64,000 nucleotides of DNA from an uncultured archaeon (GTDB lineage: Archaea > Halobacteriota > Archaeoglobi > Archaeoglobales > Archaeoglobaceae): contig CAZZAF010000003.1 in the NCBI GenBank assembly GCA_964652135.1, positions 4,371 through 68,370 on the forward strand, given 5' to 3'. Position 1 is the first letter of the stretch, and every line of letters starts with the position of its first letter. Below, one piece after another: positions 1 to 9,705 of this stretch. The notes below the pieces were generated by a model. The model did no database searches. It saw only the letters and a list, made by a program, of their open reading frames with translations, and was not told the DNA's origin. Both the position numbers and the translations under genes were made by a program.

Positions 1-105
1 ACTGCACAAGAATGGTATTGTTTCAAAGACGCTTGTGGAGTGGTTGAACAAGCTGAGTTATTTGCTCTACCTAATGATTTTAAAGGAAATGGGTGGAAAC
101 TATAA
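1..105 (+). CDS. 3' end of an upstream gene (partial, product unknown)
   Basis: Frame 1 is open from the window edge to TAA at 103-105 (TAQEWYCFKDACGVVEQAELFALPNDFKGNGWKL*). No start in window and no recognisable motif. Confidence 0.3.
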   Translation, partial: TAQEWYCFKDACGVVEQAELFALPNDFKGNGWKL

Positions 106-129
106 AAAGGCTAAAGTGGAGGAGAAAAA

Positions 130-876
130 ATGATTGCTGCAATTGCACAGCTCAGAACAACTCCTGATAGAGATCTGAACCTTATGAATGCTTTGAGTTT
201 GATAAAGAGGGCCATACAGGTCAGGGCAGATATTGTTGTTCTCCCTGAAGTATTCAATACAGGTTTCTTTGAAGATAATTACGAGCTTGTGGAGGAAAGG
301 ATTGAAGATGAACTGGAGCTGATTTTAAAGCTATCAGAGAGGAATAATATTGTTATCGTTGGTGGAGTAGCGGAGAAGGAAGGAGACAAGTTATATAACA
401 CGGCTGTCGTTATCCACAGGGGCAAGATACTCGAAAAATATAGGAAAATGCTTCTTTTTCCCCTTACCGAAGAGAGAAAGTACTTCGTACCCGGTAGCGA
501 GTTAAAGGTCGTTGAAACGCCTGTTGGAAAGATCGGGCTGATGATATGCTATGAAGTTAGATTTCCGGAGATTGCGAGAAAACTGATGTTCATGGGAGCT
601 GAAATCATTGCAGTTCCGGCGCAGTTTCCATCTGAAAGGGTGGATCACTGGGTCACACTGTTAAAAGCCAGAGCAATAGAAAATCAGGTTTATGTGATTG
701 GAGCAAACACTGGTGGGGAGAGATGGGGAGATTCGCTAATTGTTGATCCATGGGGTGAAGTTGTAGCGAGAGCAGGCAAGCAGTCTGAGATAATTATGGC
801 GGAAATTGACCTGAACAGGGTTAAAGAAGTCAGGGAGAAGTATCCATTCCTCAAGGATTTAGAGCGTCTGGTTTAA
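130..876 (+). CDS. carbon-nitrogen hydrolase (nitrilase superfamily) protein
   Basis: 248 aa with GGAGGAG upstream of the ATG. Glu-Lys-Cys triad contexts are LPEVFNTGF, YRKMLLF and GLMICYEVRFPE. Confidence 0.85.
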   Translation: MIAAIAQLRTTPDRDLNLMNALSLIKRAIQVRADIVVLPEVFNTGFFEDNYELVEERIEDELELILKLSERNNIVIVGGVAEKEGDKLYNTAVVIHRGKILEKYRKMLLFPLTEERKYFVPGSELKVVETPVGKIGLMICYEVRFPEIARKLMFMGAEIIAVPAQFPSERVDHWVTLLKARAIENQVYVIGANTGGERWGDSLIVDPWGEVVARAGKQSEIIMAEIDLNRVKEVREKYPFLKDLERLV

Positions 877-910
877 CCATTCCTTTTACTTTTTTGCAGT
901 GATAGGCGGA

Positions 911-2389
911 TCATTTCATATCCATAATCACGCTATATTCCTTGATCAGTCTGCTCTTCTTATAGCCGTGATTTATGAAATCCCACGGCAATTCAGCATC
1001 AACAGGTAACTCTCCAAGATACTTTTCAAGATCCTGCTTGAAGGCGCGTAAAGTTGGCTTGCCTTTTCTCAGAATCTCTCCGACTTTCTCATCCCCACGA
1101 GATAGAATGGTCTGTAAAGCAAAAGCTTCCGCACTGCTGGTGTCTGCATCAACACTCATCTTTGCGAGCTCCTTCTTTAGGAATTTCAACTTTGAATTCA
1201 GATCTTTCAAGTTCTCCTTGGCAGTTTTGGAAGGATCTCCTCCGTAGGGTATCCACTGCAGGGGTGTGTGAGGCTTTGGGACGAGCGGGTTAATTGAAAC
1301 GGCAACTCTCGGAATCTTTCTTTTGACTTCTTCCACCATTCTCACGATCTCTTCTATGTCCTTCTGCGTTTCGTGGGGCAAACCGACCATGAAATACAGT
1401 TTTACTTTCTCTATGCCTCTTTCAGCAGCAAGCTCAACTGCTCTATGCACATCCTCCTCGTCAATCCCTTTTCTAAGAATATCTCTCATCATTTCGCTTC
1501 CCGCTTCCGGTGCAACGGTTATACTCTTCAGACCACCTTTAACAAGCAAATCCATCAGCTCTTCGTCGAGGGTGTCGGCTCTTACAGATGAGGGAGAAAC
1601 CAAATAGCCCATTTCGATTAATCTTGCTATGATTTCCTTTATTTTTGGATGATCCGTAACTGAGGGGGCTATAAGGGCAACTTTTTCGGCATATTTTCTG
1701 CCCTCCTCTGCAACCTCGAGAAGTAGCTTGACGTCTCTCCATCGAGGAGGGAAGTAAATCTGTCTCACGATGCAAAACCTGCATCTCCTTATACATCCCC
1801 TGCCAACCTCAAGAAGAAAGCATCTGCCGTAAGCCCCTTCACCAATTATCTGGTTTACAATATGATCTTCGAGTCTTTCGGGTTTTACCCTTTTCACTTC
1901 TTTTTCCTTGCCCGTGTAGATTCCGGGAATTGAGCTTAAATCTCCAGATTCGATAGTCTCGAGAATCTTCCTGATGATACTTCCTTCAACCTCTCCAACA
2001 ACGAATATATCGAATATACCTTTCAGAGGTATGAGATTCTCCATCACACACGGCCCGCCAGCAACTTTCAATCCCTTAAATCCACTTTCCTCTATGATTT
2101 TAATCGCTTTGAAGTAATCTTCCTCGTACTGGAGTGAAAATAATGCGATATCAAATTCTCCGAGAGGTGTTCCGCTTTCAACACTTCTCAGACCATGAAA
2201 AACGTCCCAGTAAAACCGTTCACAGATATAATCATCTAACGAATTTATTTCAGCATAGATATATTGCAATCCTATATTAGCAATACCACCTACGTATCTG
2301 TTTGGGTATACCAGAGCCACTCTTTTCAGACCTCTCCTCCATCTCTTCGTGATTGGATTTATTTCGCGCACGGTTTTATTGGCTACCAT
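911..2389 (-). CDS. B12-binding-domain radical SAM protein
   Basis: 492 aa. N-terminal Rossmann-like domain (RVALVYPN...GLQYIYA) followed by GRGCIRRCRFCIV (CxxxCxxC). Confidence 0.8.
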   Translation of the reverse strand: MVANKTVREINPITKRWRRGLKRVALVYPNRYVGGIANIGLQYIYAEINSLDDYICERFYWDVFHGLRSVESGTPLGEFDIALFSLQYEEDYFKAIKIIEESGFKGLKVAGGPCVMENLIPLKGIFDIFVVGEVEGSIIRKILETIESGDLSSIPGIYTGKEKEVKRVKPERLEDHIVNQIIGEGAYGRCFLLEVGRGCIRRCRFCIVRQIYFPPRWRDVKLLLEVAEEGRKYAEKVALIAPSVTDHPKIKEIIARLIEMGYLVSPSSVRADTLDEELMDLLVKGGLKSITVAPEAGSEMMRDILRKGIDEEDVHRAVELAAERGIEKVKLYFMVGLPHETQKDIEEIVRMVEEVKRKIPRVAVSINPLVPKPHTPLQWIPYGGDPSKTAKENLKDLNSKLKFLKKELAKMSVDADTSSAEAFALQTILSRGDEKVGEILRKGKPTLRAFKQDLEKYLGELPVDAELPWDFINHGYKKSRLIKEYSVIMDMK

Positions 2390-2535
2390 TTAATTTCACC
2401 AGATATTAGTAATTGAAAAAATGAGGCAGCATATAAAAACTTGTGCTACCAACTTCTTTATTTCACTGCGTAGAATTCTCTAAAGCGTCAACTCTTCTCT
2501 TAGTTTACGTTAACAACGTTTCTTCAGCATTTAAA

Positions 2536-3501
2536 TCATTTGTGCGGGCTCTTATTTCTCCGATTGCGTGAAATGCTCTCTTTTGCTTTTATCAGGTGTG
2601 TGATGAGTGTGTTTGCAGGTGTAGGAATGCCAAGTTCTTCGCCATAGCGGGAAATAGCTCCGCAGAGTGCATCTATTTCAGTTCTCCTTCCCTTCTTTAT
2701 GTCCTGAAGCATTGAAGCGTGATGCTCCGCTGTAAGGGGTATAAGACGGGAGTAAAATAATTGCTTGTACTCTTCAGCCGTTTCCGGTTCGAACTTTACT
2801 CCCATTCTTTTTCCAACTTCGTATATCTCCTCAATTATCTGATCCATGATTTTTCGGGTATTCGGGTTTTCTGCCAGAACACCGTATGGGACTTCGAGAA
2901 GAGAAGCCAGCGGGTTGAGAGCACAGTTGTAAAGAACCTTTGCCCACAGGTATTTCTCAATTTCATTTGTGGCTCTTGCAGGAATACCAGCCTGATTGAA
3001 AATCTCAGCAATCTCTTTTACCTTTGACTCGGAAACATTTCCAATTGAGCCCAAGACGGTTTTATCTGCGCTAACGGTAACCTTTACCTTTCCGGGTTCT
3101 ACTATTTCTGCTCCAAAAATAACTATGCCTGTGATGAGCTTATCTTCGGGTATGTATTTCAGGAGGGTTTCAGCGTTCCCCAAACCATTTTGGAGATGAA
3201 CGACAACTGTATGTGGTTTAAACATATTCTTTATCTCTCTTGCTGCCGATTCCGTGTCATAGGACTTTACAGTCAGGATTATCAGATCAAAGGACTTGTT
3301 TTTAAGCTGAGAAACGTCTGTGTAAACATTTAGATCCTTTATTAGATGTTCACCCCATATTCCGGTAATAAAAAGCCCATCACTTCTTATTTTCTCCATG
3401 TGCCATGGTCTGCCGAGAAAAGAAACCTCATGTCCTGCCTTTGCAAGAAATCCACCTATTACTGATCCTATTGCTCCTGCCCCATAGACAAGGATATTCA
3501 T
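2536..3501 (-). CDS. panE: 2-dehydropantoate 2-reductase (ketopantoate reductase, ApbA/PanE family)
   Basis: 321 aa. N-terminal MNILVYGAGAIGSVIGGFLAKAGHEV dinucleotide fold and a C-terminal helical domain with a SMLQDIKKGRRTEID-type motif. Confidence 0.75.
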   Translation of the reverse strand: MNILVYGAGAIGSVIGGFLAKAGHEVSFLGRPWHMEKIRSDGLFITGIWGEHLIKDLNVYTDVSQLKNKSFDLIILTVKSYDTESAAREIKNMFKPHTVVVHLQNGLGNAETLLKYIPEDKLITGIVIFGAEIVEPGKVKVTVSADKTVLGSIGNVSESKVKEIAEIFNQAGIPARATNEIEKYLWAKVLYNCALNPLASLLEVPYGVLAENPNTRKIMDQIIEEIYEVGKRMGVKFEPETAEEYKQLFYSRLIPLTAEHHASMLQDIKKGRRTEIDALCGAISRYGEELGIPTPANTLITHLIKAKESISRNRRNKSPHK

Positions 3502-3636
3502 CCTCAGTCTGTTATGTCAGATGGAAGATCAATTTTTCGAGGAGTATGCTGTATAGTCAATTGTGCTTAGAATACCTGTGACCTCCCATCTTTCTTGTTG
3601 TATTCTAGTGCCCAGATAGTTCGGAATAGATTTGAA

Positions 3637-3668
3637 TTAAAAAAGGTTAACAAAAAAGTTAACAAAAA
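3637..3668 (-). terminator. oligo-T terminator candidate downstream of ilvN
   Basis: The - strand reads TTTTTGTTAACTTTTTTGTTAACCTTTTTT directly after the ilvN stop. Three T5-T6 tracts fit archaeal intrinsic termination. Confidence 0.5.
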
Positions 3669-4163
3669 TCAATCAGAAATTTGAGTAACTTTGCTCCCTC
3701 TCGCCATTGCTATTTTTCCGGTTCTGACCATCTCCTTGATTCCGTAGTTTCTCATCAAATCCACAAATGCGTTTATTTTATCCTCATCGCCCGTAATCTC
3801 TATTACAAGACTATCTCTTGCAACATCAACTATTCTTGCTCTGAATATGTTTGCGATTTCTATAATTTCTCCTCGATTGGCTGTTGTGGCGGCAACTTTA
3901 ACCAATGCGAGCTCTCTTTCAACACTGTTGTGCGATAGATCACTTATTTTTATCACTTCTACGAGTTTGTTTAGCTGCTTCATCACCTGCTCGATAGTTC
4001 TTTCATCGCCACTAACGACGATTGTCATTCTTGAGATGTCATCTCTCTCGGTAGTTCCGACAGCGAGACTCTCTATGTTGAATCCTCTTCTTCTGAATAA
4101 CGATGCGACTCTTGCAAGGACACCTGGCTTATTTTCGACAAGAACCGCGATGGTACACCTCAT
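3669..4163 (-). CDS. ilvN: acetolactate synthase small (regulatory) subunit
   Basis: 164 aa. ACT domain start MRCTIAVLVENKPGVLARVASLFRRRGFNIESL. Lies 3 nt downstream of ilvB. Confidence 0.9.
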   Translation of the reverse strand: MRCTIAVLVENKPGVLARVASLFRRRGFNIESLAVGTTERDDISRMTIVVSGDERTIEQVMKQLNKLVEVIKISDLSHNSVERELALVKVAATTANRGEIIEIANIFRARIVDVARDSLVIEITGDEDKINAFVDLMRNYGIKEMVRTGKIAMARGSKVTQISD

Positions 4164-4166
4164 CCA

Positions 4167-5837
4167 TTACACCTCCTCGTCGAGAATCTCATTCAGCGCT
4201 GCCCCTACTGGAACCATTGGGTAGACATTCTCCAGTCTTTCAACTCTGAAATCTATGACAACCGGCAGGTCATTGATCTCAAAGGCCTCCTTGAGCGCAT
4301 CCTCGACCTCACTCGGTTTCTCCACGGTCATACCCACTGCACCGAATCCCTCTGCGATTTTCTCGAAACTCATTTCCTTGTATCTGAGGCATGTTGCCGA
4401 ATAGCGTTCATCATAGAAGAGTTCCTGCCACTGCCTCACCATTCCAAGGAACATGTTGTTTAGGATGCAGACTTTGACGGGTATACGATAATCAACACAT
4501 GTTGCAAGCTCCTGAATATTCATCAAGAAGCTACCATCTCCTGCAATATCAACGACAGTTTTTTCCGGAAAAGCAACCTGAGCTCCCATCGCTGCTGGGA
4601 AGCCAAAACCCATCGTTCCCAGACCACCGCTTGAAATGAACTGTCTTGGATATTTCACCTTGAAGTACTGGGCAGCCCACATCTGATTCTGCCCGACCTC
4701 GGTGGTAACAATGGCATCTGGTTTAAGCTCGTATATTTTCTCTATGACATACTGCGGCTTCAGCTTACCCTCTTCTTTCTTGTACCTTAGCGGATACTCT
4801 TTCCTCCATCTCTCGACTTTATCCTGCCATTCTTTCCTCTGCTTGTATTTGATGTACTTTATCAGACTTGAGAGGACCTGCTTTGCATCACCAACAATCG
4901 GAACGTCAACATCTATGTTCTTACCTATTTCCGCGGGATCGACATCTATGTGTATTATTTTCGCGTTAGGGGCAAAGCTTGAGACTTTACTGGTCGTTCT
5001 ATCGCTGAAGCGAGTTCCAACGGCAATTATTAGATCTGAATCCATAATGGCATAATTTGCATATTTCAGACCATGCATCCCGATGAAACCTAGGGATAGT
5101 GGGTGAGTTTCAGGAATTGCACCCTTACCCATTAGAGTCGTTACAACAAAAGCCGGAATTGTTTCTGCTAACTTGACAAGTTCTTCGCTCGCATTGGAAA
5201 GGATAACACCTCCGCCTGCAAGAATAATCGGTCTTTCAGACTTCATTATCAGTTCTGCAGCCCTTTTAATTTGTCTTGGATGTCCTTTCGTTTTTGGTTT
5301 ATATCCTCTCAGCTCAACCTTTTTTGGATATTTGAACTCTATATCTGCCGTTGTAATATCTTTGGGCAGATCGATTAACACCGGTCCGGGTCTTCCAGTT
5401 GAAGCGATGTAAAAAGCCTCTTTAACTGTTGGCAGCAGAGTTGACGGATCGGTCACGAGGTAATTGTGCTTTGTAATTGGCATTGTTATTCCGGTAATAT
5501 CTGCTTCCTGGAAAGCATCATTACCTATGAAGCTTCTCGGCACCTGTCCTGTCATGACGACAATCGGTGAGGAGTCCATATAGGCTGTTGCTATACCAGT
5601 AACCGTGTTTGTTGCTCCTGGCCCCGATGTTGCAAAAGCAACTCCTGTTTTTCCGCTGGCCCTTGCATATCCGTCTGCAGCATGAACTGCAGCCTGTTCG
5701 TGTCTTGTTAGAATATGAACTATGTCGGAGTCGTAGAGAGCGTCGTATACTTCAATTATTGCACCGCCCGGTATGCCGAAGACGTGTTTAACACCTTCCA
5801 TCTCCAGAGCCTTAACAAGCGCGTCTGCAGCCCGCAT
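4167..5837 (-). CDS. ilvB: acetolactate synthase large subunit (ThDP-dependent)
   Basis: Motifs [30 protein letters not shown] and the ThDP motif [15 protein letters not shown] at 5837 with AGGTGG upstream is preferred over the GTG at 5846 in the ORF track. Confidence 0.92.
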   Translation of the reverse strand: MRAADALVKALEMEGVKHVFGIPGGAIIEVYDALYDSDIVHILTRHEQAAVHAADGYARASGKTGVAFATSGPGATNTVTGIATAYMDSSPIVVMTGQVPRSFIGNDAFQEADITGITMPITKHNYLVTDPSTLLPTVKEAFYIASTGRPGPVLIDLPKDITTADIEFKYPKKVELRGYKPKTKGHPRQIKRAAELIMKSERPIILAGGGVILSNASEELVKLAETIPAFVVTTLMGKGAIPETHPLSLGFIGMHGLKYANYAIMDSDLIIAVGTRFSDRTTSKVSSFAPNAKIIHIDVDPAEIGKNIDVDVPIVGDAKQVLSSLIKYIKYKQRKEWQDKVERWRKEYPLRYKKEEGKLKPQYVIEKIYELKPDAIVTTEVGQNQMWAAQYFKVKYPRQFISSGGLGTMGFGFPAAMGAQVAFPEKTVVDIAGDGSFLMNIQELATCVDYRIPVKVCILNNMFLGMVRQWQELFYDERYSATCLRYKEMSFEKIAEGFGAVGMTVEKPSEVEDALKEAFEINDLPVVIDFRVERLENVYPMVPVGAALNEILDEEV

Positions 5838-5867
5838 AAAAACCACCTATATATTTAAACACAAAAT

Positions 5868-5951
5868 TTAGTGTACTACTACAATCAAAGCTACTACAAT
5901 CAAAATACCAGAAAAGATCTTGGCAATTTCAACACTATTTTTAGCGAACAT
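5868..5951 (-). CDS. 27-codon Ile/Leu/Val-rich mini-ORF (candidate ilvBN leader peptide; alternatively a tiny TM peptide)
   Basis: MFAKNSVEIAKIFSGILIVVALIVVVH*. This is the C-terminal part of the 63-aa ORF in the track. Its ATG sits about 26 nt downstream of a TATA-like element, and its stop is 30 nt upstream of the ilvB ATG. Confidence 0.3.
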   Translation of the reverse strand: MFAKNSVEIAKIFSGILIVVALIVVVH

Positions 5952-5972
5952 TACTGCGCCTGCCTCTAAAGG

Positions 5973-5982
5973 TTTTAAATAA
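5973..5982 (-). promoter_or_regulatory. TATA-box candidate for a leaderless mini-ORF/ilvBN transcript
   Basis: The - strand reads accAAAAATTATTTAAAAcc. The TATA centre is about 26 nt upstream of the ATG at 5951, which is typical archaeal leaderless geometry. Confidence 0.35.
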
Positions 5983-6054
5983 TTTTTGGTTAAAAAGTAG
6001 AAGATGAAAGATATCGGGGATAGTCTATATAGAACCTGGAAATTACGGACTACA

Positions 6055-6078
6055 CTCAAAAATAAAAATTAAACAAGA
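6055..6078 (-). terminator. oligo-T terminator candidate after the cimA/leuA stop
   Basis: The - strand reads TCTTGTTTAATTTTTATTTTTGAG immediately after the TAA at 6079-6081. Confidence 0.45.
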
Positions 6079-7551
6079 TTAAACGAGCATATTCAAGCCT
6101 TCAAGTACGGCTTCTACTGAGGCCATTATTATATCTGTTCTTGCACCTCTTGCAGTGACGATCTTGTCACCTCTTCTTAGCTGGACGACGACGTCCACAA
6201 GAGCATCTGTTCCACCGGTAATCGCGTCGACGTGGTAGCTCACGAGCTCGATGTCGCCGAGCTCCGTTACAGCTTTCTTTATCGCATTTATTGCTGCGTC
6301 AACTGGACCCAATCCCACGGCAGCCTCAATCTTTTCTTTTCCATTTATTCTTATCTTGACGCTTGCAGTTGGCATTATGTTAATTCCACTCACTATTGAA
6401 AGATCTTCAAGCTTGATCTTCTTCTCTCTCTTAATCTGTAGAACAGTCTCTATAATTGTTCTTATATCTGCATCTGTAATTCTCTTACCTTTATCTCCGA
6501 TCTCCTTGATCCTCGTAAGTATTTCTTTCATCTGCTCTGGTGTTGCCTTATATCCGAGTTCTTTCATTATTGCTTCAACACTGGCTCTTCCAGCATGCTT
6601 TCCTAGGACGATATGCCTTGTCCTTCCAACCATTTCAGGTGTTATGGGTTCGTAGGTGGAAGTGTTTCTGAGAATTGCTGAGGTGTGGATTCCACTTTCG
6701 TGGGTGAATGCATTCTCTCCCACTATTGCCTTGTTTGGAGGGATGGATACTTTAGTGAGCTTTTCAACAAGTTTGGATGTGTTGTATATATTTTTCTTAT
6801 TAATCTTGGTTTTGATATTGTACAGAACTTCAAGTGCTATTGCTACCTCTTCAAGAGCGGCATTTCCAGCTCTTTCACCAATTCCGTTGACGGTTGCATG
6901 AAACTCTGATGCTCCACCCTTTACAGCAAATACGGTATTGACTGTTGCAAAACCGAAATCATCATGGCAGTGGATCGCGATAGGAATGCTGAACTCAGAT
7001 GTTAGCTCTTTCATTATATTTTCTGCTTTCTCGGGAGTTAAGACTCCAACAGTGTCTGCGAAGGTCAGTCTGTCCGCTCCAGCTTCCATCACAGCCCTGA
7101 AAAGTCGTTTTATGAATTCCAAATCTGCTCGTGAAGCATCTTCAGCCCCAAACTCGACTATGAGCCCTCTTTCTTTGGCATATTCAACGGCTTCAACGGA
7201 CATTTCAATAACATCATCCTCACTCTTTCTAGGAAACTTGCTTGAAATGTGAATTTTAGATGATGGGGCTACCATAAATATTGAATCTGCATCAGCATCG
7301 GCAGCAGCATCAATATCAATCTTCTTAATTCTTGCAAAGCTGCAAATCTCGGCATTCAACCCGGCATTTGAAATCTCCTTAATGGCCTTAAAATCTCCTT
7401 CTGATGCAATAGCTGTCCCGGCCTCAATAATATCTACTCCAAGCTTGTCCAAAGCCTCAGCTATCAACAACTTCTGCTCAACACTTAACGAAACTCCTGG
7501 AGTTTGTTCGCCATCTCTAAGGGTGGTGTCAAGAACCATTGGCTCCTTCAT
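6079..7551 (-). CDS. cimA: (R)-citramalate synthase / 2-isopropylmalate synthase family (LeuA/CimA; length and C-terminus look CimA-like)
   Basis: 490 aa with LDTTLRDGEQTPGV, HCHDDFG and a C-terminal LeuA-dimer regulatory domain. The 490-aa length and the ...EGLNMLV end resemble methanogen CimA from memory. LeuA versus CimA cannot be settled without a search. Confidence 0.85.
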   Translation of the reverse strand: MKEPMVLDTTLRDGEQTPGVSLSVEQKLLIAEALDKLGVDIIEAGTAIASEGDFKAIKEISNAGLNAEICSFARIKKIDIDAAADADADSIFMVAPSSKIHISSKFPRKSEDDVIEMSVEAVEYAKERGLIVEFGAEDASRADLEFIKRLFRAVMEAGADRLTFADTVGVLTPEKAENIMKELTSEFSIPIAIHCHDDFGFATVNTVFAVKGGASEFHATVNGIGERAGNAALEEVAIALEVLYNIKTKINKKNIYNTSKLVEKLTKVSIPPNKAIVGENAFTHESGIHTSAILRNTSTYEPITPEMVGRTRHIVLGKHAGRASVEAIMKELGYKATPEQMKEILTRIKEIGDKGKRITDADIRTIIETVLQIKREKKIKLEDLSIVSGINIMPTASVKIRINGKEKIEAAVGLGPVDAAINAIKKAVTELGDIELVSYHVDAITGGTDALVDVVVQLRRGDKIVTARGARTDIIMASVEAVLEGLNMLV

Positions 7552-7611
7552 ATGTATCCCTGAAGAGTTGGGAATGAAGAATCATTTTAAATCTTTTTTG
7601 GTGAGAGTTTC

Positions 7612-9252
7612 CTACAGAATTGTAATTCCAAGAACAATCGACATGATGAGCTGAAGAATGAAAATTATTGCTAAAAGATACAGTGCCTTCTCTCCGAGAA
7701 TGATGAATGCCTTCTCTACTTTTTCAAAAAATTCTCTTCCCATCACTTTTATTTTGACATCGCTTTTAGAATATCCAACACTTGCCTCCTCAAATTTTAC
7801 ATTATCCAGCCATTTACTCAGAAATTCAAAAATTACATCTCTGTCTTCACTACCAACGGGCTCATATCCGACTTTTGGTGAAACACCTGTCCTCGAATGA
7901 TTATCTGTTGATACGACAGTTAAGGTAATTCCTTTCTCTCTTCCAAACTTCTCAAGTTCATCTCTAAGACTCTTTTCGATGTTGTTCCCATCGAGCATCA
8001 GTATGCCGTAAACGCCGTTTGAGTATTTCAGAAGTAGAAGAGCTATGTATCCACAGATATTTTTTGTTTCGACTTTTTCTCTGAAAAACGAATACTGTAA
8101 TGGGCTTTCAGGTGTTGAGATTGATGAAGCATTTCTTATCAAACACTCCAGCTCGTAGAACTCCTCAGCCGAAACTTCAAAATCCTCGCGATGTGCGTTG
8201 TGCGCTTCTACAAGCATGACTTCTCCAAAGTGCCGTTCTGCAATCTCGTTGAGAATTACCGGAATATCATCTGTCGCATCTTTGCCACTGATTATCAGCA
8301 TTGTTACGCCTTCAAACGGGAAGACTCTTAGGGTATAGCTTTCACCCTCCAGCTCGTATGGTAAGAAGGCTTTTAGGTTCCCGCTTGTGCATTTCACACT
8401 TTCTACTATTTTTTTGACTTCTTCATTGCTCACCGGGTTGTTTTCATGTTTGGCAGCAGAATGCAGATACATGGAGTTGTCTATTCTGTTCAGAATTTCG
8501 GGAACGAGTGCAGCACCTCCGATATTTCTTATTGGCCCGGGATGAAAGGAAGTTGAAATTAGCTTAGCCTTTCCAATTGTGAGACATTTAACCCAGCCTT
8601 TTTGCCATATACTTATTTTCTCCAGTTCTCTTTCAAAGTATTCTGGCACTGCGGTCAGCCAGAATAAAACAAATGACTTGAGCAGATATTTTGTGTTGAA
8701 CAGGCCGAAATCTCTGTCGAGGTATTTAATATACATCAACCCGAGCATGATGCCTAGAATTGTTGTGGCCATATAGCTTGTGAATCTGTGAGGTGCTTGA
8801 AAGGAGTAGTAGTGATTCACTGGATAGAGTGCAAGGAATAACAGGATTACAGCAATAGCAACCTTCTTCTCCGATGATTCGGAGGTAAAGTAGAGAGTCA
8901 TGGTGAGAACTGTAACTGCTGATGCAGGAGCTATGGCGATAAGGTTGAATCTATCGAGGATGTGTATCACAATAAAATCGAAAATCTCGATTGAGATGAG
9001 AACAAGTAGAGCAAGGAAGAAAACTCTTCTGCTGTTGAATGCAAGTTTGAGAAATCTTCCGGCGATAAGCAAATAGGCTATGATAAACAAGCCAAGAAAG
9101 AAGTATCTCTGCGCGAAGAAGGATTTGCTTACAGTTCCATTGAGTATGGAGGCGAGTATAATTGTTGTTAATCCCATGGCGACAGTTATTTTCTTTTTGG
9201 GGATTGTGAATATTTTTGAATAGAATTTCTCGATGATCTTTTTGTCTATCAT
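7612..9252 (-). CDS. polytopic archaeal membrane protein with a large soluble domain (DUF2070-like)
   Basis: 546 aa: about 7 N-terminal TM helices, a soluble domain of about 330 aa, and one C-terminal TM helix. The family name is from memory only. Confidence 0.5.
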   Translation of the reverse strand: MIDKKIIEKFYSKIFTIPKKKITVAMGLTTIILASILNGTVSKSFFAQRYFFLGLFIIAYLLIAGRFLKLAFNSRRVFFLALLVLISIEIFDFIVIHILDRFNLIAIAPASAVTVLTMTLYFTSESSEKKVAIAVILLFLALYPVNHYYSFQAPHRFTSYMATTILGIMLGLMYIKYLDRDFGLFNTKYLLKSFVLFWLTAVPEYFERELEKISIWQKGWVKCLTIGKAKLISTSFHPGPIRNIGGAALVPEILNRIDNSMYLHSAAKHENNPVSNEEVKKIVESVKCTSGNLKAFLPYELEGESYTLRVFPFEGVTMLIISGKDATDDIPVILNEIAERHFGEVMLVEAHNAHREDFEVSAEEFYELECLIRNASSISTPESPLQYSFFREKVETKNICGYIALLLLKYSNGVYGILMLDGNNIEKSLRDELEKFGREKGITLTVVSTDNHSRTGVSPKVGYEPVGSEDRDVIFEFLSKWLDNVKFEEASVGYSKSDVKIKVMGREFFEKVEKAFIILGEKALYLLAIIFILQLIMSIVLGITIL

Positions 9253-9492
9253 CCCATTTAGAACAACTCGTTTGGATTTATTTTTTTGGTGGTTGGTATG
9301 TGTATGAACTTTGTGATAGTTAATGTGTCTGGCTATTTACGTCTGAAAGTGGGTATGGTTGCCGTGGATAGTTTTAATGACTTCTGAGAATTAATTTAAC
9401 AATGTATTATAAATGGCTACTTGTAAAACTAAAAATGCGTTTTTGACCACTCGGTCAGTCGAACGTTAAATGGCTAGAGGCAGTATTCGGGA

Positions 9493-9565
9493 TACGAGTG
9501 ATGACACTGTAAGCCTAATCTGCTAAAAAATCCCAAGAATAGATAAAAAAGAGTGCTGAAACGTA
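9493..9565 (+). ncRNA. weak C/D-box sRNA candidate
   Basis: UACG-ag-UGAUGA (9499-9504) ... gaauaga (degenerate C') - 12 nt - CUGA (9556-9559) - aa - CGUA. The terminal 4-bp stem and the 12-nt C'-D spacing fit. D' is degenerate (CUGC) with 15-nt spacing, and the guide is A-rich. Confidence 0.2.
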
Positions 9566-9705
9566 GCGGAGTGCCTCATTGTGGGACTGTGGTTGTTTAC
9601 ACTTTGCACTCGCTCATAGCAGGGGTTTAAGCGACGATAAACGAGCATGTTTTACTACGAAAGAATTTTATTTCTGAAATATAATTGTATGTGGAGGTGA
9701 TACGA

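Noticed and set aside
3641-3665. Tandem AAAAGTTAACAAAAA repeats with two GTTAAC palindromes, considered as a regulator site
   Set aside because: On the coding strand they are simply three oligo-T tracts directly after the ilvN stop, so a terminator explains them best.
5848-5859. Strong TATA-like TTTAAATATATA only about 10 nt upstream of the ilvB ATG, considered as the ilvB promoter
   Set aside because: A TSS about 25 nt downstream would fall inside ilvB. That would remove the conserved [11 protein letters not shown]-terminus, which aligns with other acetolactate synthases. It is more likely just AT-rich leader sequence, though an internal promoter cannot be excluded.
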